Assembly (NCBI GenBank): GCA_963699545.1
Contig: CAVOUE010000007.1
Span: 64,183-128,182 of the forward strand
From: Nitrospirota bacterium
GTDB lineage: Bacteria; Nitrospirota; Thermodesulfovibrionia; Thermodesulfovibrionales; UBA9159
Direction of reading: 5' to 3'
Length of the DNA stretch: 64,000 bases
Positions 56,243 through 64,000 of this stretch are shown here, one piece after another. The notes under the pieces are model-generated. The model was not told the DNA's origin, searched no databases, and saw nothing but the letters and a program-made list of their open reading frames with translations. Made by a program: the position numbers and the translations under genes. Position 1 is the first letter of the stretch. Each line of letters starts with the position of its first letter.

Positions 56243-58680
56243 GTGGAAATCAAAAATATTTTCGCTGAATTTCGTCAAGCACTAAGAAGCCTCATCCGTT
56301 GTCCTTCGTTTTCAATTGTTTCCATTTTGACCATTGCGCTTGGAATGGCTGGCATTTTGTGTATCGTATTTGTGCTCAACTCAGTCGTTTTGCGGAAGCC
56401 GCCTTTTCCACATCCTGATAAATTGTTCATGATCGTAAGCACCAATCGCGATGCGATTGGTAAAGTTGATGAATATGGTTCTTCACTCGTTGATTTCATT
56501 GACTGGCAACGATCAAACCATTCGTTCGAACAGATGGCTACACTGGAAATGGGAGAAGCAGCCATCACCGATCTTGCTGAGCCAACTCAAATTCAAAGCC
56601 TCACAACAACGAGTAATCTTTTTTCTGTTCTTGGGGTACGGCCTCAACTTGGACGATTTTTTGTGGCTGAAGAAGAAAATTCTACAAGTCGAGTTGCATT
56701 CATAAGCGATCGGTTAATGGCGCCGATTATACGCAAGTCGCCAGGACATTGTCGGAAAAACGATAGAACTCGATGGCGCAGCTCACCGGATCATTGGTGT
56801 CGCACCTCCAAACTTTCGATTTGCTGCTCCGGCCGATGTCTGGTTGCCCATGAATCTCCAGGTTGATCGCAATACGAGTCCAATGAGCAGAATACTTTTT
56901 GTAGTTGGACGCTTGAAAGCAGATGCAAACCGGGCGACAGCAAACGCGGATCTTAATCGCATTGCTGAAGAATCGGCCAAGAATTACCCTCAAACGAATG
57001 AAGGCTGGGGCGTCAAACTTCTTGGCGTAGATGAGAACATTCAGCGTGAGATACGTGTTCCGGTTTCCGTCCTGGGTATCGGTGTGTTGATCTTGTTGAT
57101 CATTGCATGCGTGAATGTTTCTGGACTTATCTTAAATCGGTCGATGGAACGTGAAACAGAAATTGCTATGCGTCTGGCACTGGGAGCCACAACAAAAGAT
57201 CTATTCCGCCGTATTATCATTGAAAATTTATTGATTACGTTCATGGGAACGGTTTTGGGATTTGCTTTAGCAGCAGCTTGTATGAAGCCGCTCATTCTTT
57301 ATGGTCCAACGCTTCCTGTCGGAACTCTTGATTTAGGTTTGCTGGAGAACCTCCAAGTAGATTTTTTTGGATTGCTAATCGGCGCGATCCTGGCAGTTCT
57401 AATTGCCATCATTCTTACAGCTCTCCCGCTTCGTTTAGCGCAAAGAAGCGAGATTTCAACAACCTCCGCTCAGTATCAAAAGGCACAACCGTTTCCGTTC
57501 GACAGGCGGAAGACGCCAGGCTTTCTTGCTGATTTTGCAGATTACTGCTTCAACGATGCTACTCGCAATTACATTTGGAGTGGTAAAGACATTCTGGAAA
57601 TTAACCGACGTTTACGCCGGCTTTGATGTGACAAAAACAACGATCATAAAACTTTCGCTTCCAGCCTCGCGATATGAAACGCATAATAAACGCGCACAAT
57701 TCGTGCAACAATTCTTGCGCGAAATCAGCCAAAGAAATGAAATTACAAAAGCCGGTGTGACCAGCCGGTTACCGCTGAATGAATTTAGTTTTACAACATT
57801 CTTTGGAATACAAGGCCGCCCTGAATCACCTGCTAATTCTCCGATTGCAAATTTCCGGCGAATTTCTGATGGCTACTTTCGAACAATTCGCACCAATATC
57901 ATTGAAGGTAGAGATTTTGATGGCAACGACACACCGGATAATTTGGCAATCGCAATCGTGAATCGGAAATTCGCTCAGACTTTTTGGCCTGGCGAATCAG
58001 CGATCGGGAAAAAGATAAAACGTCAAGCAGGAAAGGATCCATGGCGGACAATTGTTGGTGTTGTAGAAGACGTCAGAGAACTTTCATATTCGCAGCCGAT
58101 TTCGCCAGTGCTTTATATTCCATATTCACAAAACAGTTCGCCCGTATTTTATTGTATGATCCGCTCCAATTTACCGCAGCAGATGATTCTTTCTAATGTT
58201 CGTCAGGAATTACACAAGATCGATCCGCTGCTGCCAATGGGCGAAACTCAAAGTATGCAACAGTGGGAAAGCAAAACACTGTCGCGTCCAAGATTTACTG
58301 CCGTCCTGATGATTTTTTTGGCGGTCATCGCATTTAGCGTTTCGCTTGTTGGAGTTTTCGGAAATGTCCGCGGATGGGTGCTTTCCCGTTTTCGTGAAAT
58401 TGGAGTTCGATTAGCATGCGGCGCTACTCACAGTTCGATCATGGTGCTAATCCTATCGCGCTCAACGAAAATTATTTTCTCCGGGATTTTGGTTGGAATG
58501 TTGTTAACGTTTGTTTCGGCAAAAACAATCACATCGTTTTTTGATTCGAAATACATTATCGATTGTGCTGCGGCCTTTGTAGCTGGCGTAGCAATGACAA
58601 CAATTTGTGTGTTGTCTGCATATCTGTCCGCTCGATCCTCGCACAAAATCAGCCCATCAATTCTCCTCACTCAGGCATAG
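56243..58680 (+). CDS. Duplicated MacB/FtsX ABC permease (ADOP-like), frameshifts near 56720 and 57500
   Basis: Two MacB-PCD/FtsX halves (IACVNVSGL..EIAMRLALGA; EIGVRLACGA). Confidence 0.85.
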
Positions 58681-59467
58681 AGTTGAATGTTCGAATAAAC
58701 CGCCCCCATCCAAAAAATAAAAACAAGAGACATAAACCAAAGATGACGCTCAGCCACTTGCCAATGCGAGCCAGGCCGATCCATAAAGCATTATGCCGAT
58801 TCAAGATTTGGAACTCATTCACATAGATAATTTCGCAAGCACCATTCTCTCTGTCATCACGTGTAATGCTGCTTCGCCTTTTAGGCCCATGATTGATGCT
58901 GTAATTCACAAGTTGACCCTTCAAATGGATTTCATCTCCAATGTGAGCCGTTTTTATTCTCGCTTCTATCTCCGAATTTTCAGGCAAAAGATGATTGTTC
59001 GAAAGCTGATCCCATTTGAAACTGCTCCAAGCCTCATCGCTCGAAGTTTTCACATAGCACGTCCAATCCCCATGGGAAAACTCTAGATCCTTCAGATACC
59101 GATTGGTTATATTTTGACCCCAGATCACACAGATGTCCTTGGTGTTCAAAAAATCACCCCATTGTGCATGGGAAGTATCAATCCAGCTCGAAGAATCATG
59201 ATCCTCCACAATCAAGCCCCAAAGTTCATATTCAAAAACAGGTTGGATTTGATAGCTATGTTTTTTCACTGCAAGATCGAATGGCTCTTTGTCTGTTCTG
59301 TTTCAGTTTGACGAGGTTCATTCTGCAAATCTTTTAAATTTGAGATAGATTTGGAACCTGGACTGACTGCCAGTACGCAAACGCCCAAAGAATCAAAGAA
59401 ATAAACACACATTTTAAAGACAGAGAAAGAGATTCTTGGTTGGGTCCTTCAAGGCAGTTGAACTCAT
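58667..59467 (-). CDS. Hypothetical membrane-anchored protein, frameshifted N-terminus
   Basis: KDICVIWG; SNNHL; RSSITRDD..GACE; C-terminal TM. Confidence 0.65.
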
Positions 59468-59562
59468 ATCGAAGCAAAATATCACATTCATGGTTTCGAA
59501 GGCGATTGGCTCAAGAAATTGGAGTCATGTTCAGCTTCAGGTAAAATGAATCCGCTTCTATC

Positions 59563-60056
59563 ATGCCGAATGAATGGTTTGCAGTTTATACACGTCCGCG
59601 TCATGAGAAAAAGGTTGCACAACAGCTAAGCAATAAAGGTGTTGAAGTATTCCTTCCGTTGCGTGCCGTAATTAGCAATTGGAAGGACCGCCGCAAAGAA
59701 GTTCAATTCCCGCTCTTTACCGGTTACGTTTTTGTGCATATTGTTCTGGAAGATCGATTGTCAGTGCTAAGAATTCCTGGCGTAGTTCAATTTGTTGCAA
59801 GTCAAGGGAAGCCAGTTGCAATTCCTGATACTCAAATTGATGCTGTTCGCCAATTAGTAAGCAGCGGGTTGAAGTACGATCCGTATCCTTAGATGTGAAA
59901 GAAGGAATGCGGGTAACGATTCGCAATGGACCTTTAAAAGGCGTTGAGGGACTTGTGCTTGCGAAACGGAAGAAACATCTGCTCGTGCTTTCTGTTGACT
60001 TGATCCAGCAATCCGCATCGCTGGAAATAGATATTAACGATACCGATGTACGTTAA
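59563..60056 (+). CDS. UpxY/RfaH-like NusG paralog, indel near 59890
   Basis: WFAVYTRPRHEKKV; PLFTGYVFV; shifted frame GMRVTIRNGPLKGVEG (KOW). Confidence 0.88.
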
Positions 60057-60080
60057 GATCCAAACCACAAAGACGCAAAA

Positions 60081-61123
60081 ATGAATATCCACCCGATCCA
60101 AATAGAGTTAAATTCGTACAACGTTGACGCCGGCCTTCTTGGCGTGTTTGTTTACATCCAAGATGCTGATGGCTCATCACAATTCTACACTGCTGGCGTA
60201 GCTGATTTACTTCCAAACGGATCATGACCCCTGAAAGTCACTATCGCGTTGGCAGCACGACTAAAACATTCACCGCTGTTGACACTTCAATTGATTGCTG
60301 AAGGCAAACTCTCATTCAGCGATACAATGAAAGAACGATTGCCCGATGTTGCAATTCCAAATAACGATTCATTAACCATTGAACGCCTGTTGCGGATGCG
60401 CAGTGGCTTATTTGATTTTGAAGATGATCCAAGTTTGCTAGGTAATCTGGATGCGCATCTTCAGCCATGCACTTTGAAACATGCAATCGATCTGAGTATC
60501 AAACATCCAGCAGTTTTCGAACCAGGCAAAAAGTATACCTACTGCAATACGAATTTTTGTGTTTTGGAACTAATCATTGAACGCATTACCGGCCATGCAT
60601 TGGCTGAGGAATATAATAATCGCATCTTCGATCCGCTTGATATGAAAAACAGCAGTTATCCATCAGAAGATGATCTGACTTTACCTGAACCTTTCATTCA
60701 CGCGGATACGAACAGACAAACGACGGCTGGCGTGAATGCAGTGAAGTTTTTTTGGGCGTGGTGATGGTGCTTTGATTACTACCGCAGTGGATCTGTCAAA
60801 ATTTTTTTGGGCACTGCTGATTGAATGTCGATTGTTATCTCAAGAAATGCTCAACAAAATGATGACTGTGATTCAAGGAATTTGATCCGCCTGCTGAGAA
60901 ATTGTATGGACTCGGCTTAATCGCGGATCCACTATCTTGTGGAACAGTTTGGGGGCATTCAGGTGCAGGATTTGGCTATCGCTAGTTTCCCATTCTTGAA
61001 TCTTGGGGACTTGGACGCTTTGCTGTGTTTATGCAAAATGGTACCTATGGTTTCCGCGTTGCCAGAACCAGCCCACCCGGCTTTTCAAACGAGTTCAGAG
61101 CGATGGTATATACTCACCACTAA
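60081..61123 (+). CDS. Serine hydrolase (beta-lactamase/D-Ala-D-Ala carboxypeptidase family), frameshifts
   Basis: GSTTK (SxxK); YCN (YxN); WGHSG. Confidence 0.82.
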
Positions 61124-61137
61124 GGCACAAAGGCACC

Positions 61138-61509
61138 ATGAATCACAAACAATTAAGTAAATTGCTCATTTCTGGTTTTCGTGTTTCAGATTTCGCGTGC
61201 AGAAATAATCAAAATGCACAACAAGCCAAAGAATCAATCTTGAGAGAAAATCTAACACGTATTAGGGAAAGCATTGACAAATATTACAGTGACAATCAGA
61301 AATATCCGTCCACTCTGAAAGAGTTAGCTAGGCGCGATTATTTTAAGACAATACCGATTGATCCAATCACGCGACGTGATGATACATGGATTCTCCAATA
61401 TGAGGAACGAGGCATGAATTCAGATCCGAGTGCCGAACTGGGAATTATGGATGTACATAGCGGTGCGGACGGACAGTGTATAGACGGCACACCTTACTCG
61501 GAATTATGA
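61138..61509 (+). CDS. GspG-like pseudopilin
   Basis: AKESILRENL..IDKYYSD..YPSTLKEL..IPIDPIT..DVHSGA..DGTPYSEL. Confidence 0.7.
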   Translation: MNHKQLSKLLISGFRVSDFACRNNQNAQQAKESILRENLTRIRESIDKYYSDNQKYPSTLKELARRDYFKTIPIDPITRRDDTWILQYEERGMNSDPSAELGIMDVHSGADGQCIDGTPYSEL

Positions 61510-61535
61510 AAACCTTCACCGCGAAGACACAAAAA

Positions 61536-63113
61536 TTACTTCCAGTCAGAGAGGATTTGATTCGCTGCAAGTGAGCCGGGGATACCTGACACACCGCCAC
61601 CGGGATGCGTTGCAGCACCGCAAAGATCAGAGGTTTTCGATTGGAGTTTTATAGCGGCCATGACCTGCAACGGACGCGTCAACATCAATTTTGATCCAGC
61701 GAAATCTCACCTTGATGAATATTCCCTTCCGTTAGGCCAAATTCCGTTCGAGAAAAATGCGAGCGGTGTGCAACCTGTCGATGCAAAATCAGATTTGAAA
61801 ATCCTGGCGCATACGCTTCAATTGTTTTAACAACATTATCCCCAAATTTTTCTTTCAGCTCATTCCAATTTCCCTGCTTCAAGTGATACGGCGCAAACAA
61901 AACATAAACCGACATCACATGTTTTCCTGCAGGGGCAACCGTTGAATCAACAACAGAAGGAATGGCAATATCTAAAAATGGCGATTTCGCGAAGGTTGTC
62001 CGTATTTAGCATCATCAAATGCATGCTCCAAATAATCCATATCCGGCGCAATGCAAACTGTTGCTGGCTTTAGATCACCATTCAGTCCCTTCCATTGCGG
62101 ATAACCATCCAGGGCAAAATTTACTTTTGCACTGACACCTCGTGATTTGATTCCACGAACTTTTAATAAGAAATGCGGCTCCAGATAAACCGGATCTACC
62201 AACTTCAAAAACGCTGCGCTTCGCATCGGCATTTTAAACTACATATTTACTTTGAATCTCTTCCCCGTTCGATAAAATGACTCCGGTTGCAAGGCCGTCC
62301 TCTACGGAAACCTGTGAAACTTCAACGCCTGTGCGTATTCAACGCCAACACTTTTCGCGGATTGAGCGATCGCTTGAGTTAAACTTCCGATTCCGCCTTT
62401 GCAAAATGGCCACGCAAAATGTGAACCGTCACCACGTCCAAGTTTCCAATACAGCGAGACATAAACCGAACCAGCAGAACGCGGTCCGTAGAAACTTCCG
62501 AGAATACCATCACTTGCTAACACACCTTTCAGATGCGGATTCTCAAAATATTGATTCAGCAAATCGTAAATGCTCATTGGAAGAACGCGGAGCATTTCCA
62601 AAACATCTTTTTCGCGAAGCCCTTTCAGCTTCCAAGCAAGCCCAAGCAATTCGCCAACATCGCTATAACCAGCGGTTGCAGGATCTGGTATCGCCGTTGT
62701 TAGCAATGGTCTTAAGTGCAGAATCAGTCGCTCCATGTCGGAAACGAATTCAAAATAACGCTGGCTGTCTTTTTCTGATTTGCGTGAAATACTCTCACGT
62801 GTTCGTGCATTATCTTTCCAGAAAATTAACGGATCACCATCAGGTGATGGAGCGAACATTACGGGATCGAATTCAATCGTTTCGTAGCCATATTTATTGA
62901 GCTTCAACTGATCGACGATAGAATTCTGAAAAATTCCCGGCGAGTATGCACGGTGGTGTAACGGAATCCCGAAAATGGCTCTTCTGTAACCGCAGCTCCG
63001 CCAACAATCCCTCGGCGTTCAAGCACCAATACTTTTTTCCCCGCTTTTCCTAGTTTTGCTGCGGCCACCAATCCATTATGTCCGCCACCAATTACAATTA
63101 CGTCGTATCCCAT
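61536..63113 (-). CDS. Phytoene-dehydrogenase-like FAD oxidoreductase, several frameshifts
   Basis: VIGGGHNGLVAA..LERR..GGAAVTEE; AFDDAKYG; GNIHQGE; CGAATHPGGGV. Confidence 0.85.
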
Positions 63114-63280
63114 AGCTTTTATTTTTTAAAACGGAGTAACAGTGGTATCTCCGTTACTCCGTGGTGAATATTTCAGTTATTTTTTTCTCATCATCATGAT
63201 GATTCCGATTAATCCCAAAGAACCAGGAATCCGGCACCAAGAACGATTGCCAGTGTACTTCATCTCCAATTCCAGACTGC

Positions 63281-63938
63281 CTAAAACTGAGCAGTCATCG
63301 TTTTATCGCCAGAATCCATTTCGACAAGAGGAAATGACCAGCTCACTGTTTTTCCATCTTCACCGATCGTTCCATTTGTAGCTGGTGATGGTAATGCTTT
63401 TGATGGAAGCTTCACAGAATACTTGAATGCAGCATTACCAAACATTGCTGCAGCCATCTGTTTTTGCATGGCATCATCGCCACCAGCGGCAGGCTTATCT
63501 TTTTTCTTCGACTTTAACACTTAGATGCCCGACCGTTCCATTTTCTTCTTTTTTCCAGGTTATCGGCATTTCTTTGAATGTTTTCGTGTTGTTTAAACTT
63601 GTAACCTTGTCAAAAGAAATATGAACATAGAAATGTTGCTGATCCCCTTCGGTTTTTGTTTCGAACTTTTCAACTTTCACACCGGGCGATTGTAAATCAG
63701 CTTTTACTTCATTTTCCTTAATTTTGAACGGCATTTGTTGTTCTTTATCGCCGCCACCAGCCTGGCCGCCCATTTGCATCATTGAAACTAATTGCTGAGC
63801 CATGCTGTAATGCATGACCAATTTGCCGGAACCATTGGCATTCAATTCCAGTTGTTGGTCATAGTTAATACAACCTGCGATCAAAAGAAGCGCCAGGCAG
63901 GCAAAACTACACAAAGTGCGAATCGCTAGACGTGACAT
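63281..63938 (-). CDS. Putative lipoprotein, frameshift near 63520
   Basis: Lipobox LIAGC; LNANGSG; TNGTIGEDGKTVSW. Confidence 0.7.
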
Positions 63939-64000
63939 CGGTCCTCCCTCGTTAATTAATGGTGATCCTTTAATATTTCCAGAGCTGCAAGTCTCCCTGG

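Overview
The window is not one locus. It looks like four unrelated fragments joined end to end: base composition jumps and genes are cut at about 44,838, 48,587 and 55,715. Many genes carry single-base indels, consistent with low-coverage long-read data. (1) 1-44.8 kb is a mid-GC bacterial chromosome, Nitrospirota/Desulfobacterota-like in gene content (inference). It holds a two-component/c-di-GMP signalling cluster, GH57-ftsB-eno, lpdA-gcvH, mutS, a DsrE protein, a 12-heme cytochrome c, tRNA-Gly(CCC), TetR-TolC-EmrAB-MarC, mazG, hemW, rlmI, a toxin-antitoxin islet between two gene fragments, gatAB, mgtA plus a PTS-IIA protein, and ino1 plus a CDP-alcohol phosphotransferase. (2) 44.8-48.6 kb is an AT-rich fragment of unknown, possibly viral, origin. 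It carries a 672-bp tandem module encoding a Sel1-like head plus five HEAT repeats, and two paralogous orphan genes. (3) 48.6-55.7 kb is a very GC-rich proteobacterial-type fragment (DUF805, ivd, sugar isomerase, Gfo/Idh/MocA, REP, OFA-type MFS). (4) 55.7-64 kb is an Acidobacteriota-like fragment (coxIII/IV, duplicated permease, UpxY/NusG, serine hydrolase). The best candidate for an undescribed system is a four-helix-bundle (Avd-like) gene inserted in a signalling operon between inverted heptamer arrays that overlap neighbouring gene ends, with solo arrays elsewhere. A related candidate is an octamer inverted-repeat insert between gatA and gatB whose internal ORF keeps the two genes translationally coupled. 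The AT-rich HEAT-module fragment is the other strong candidate.
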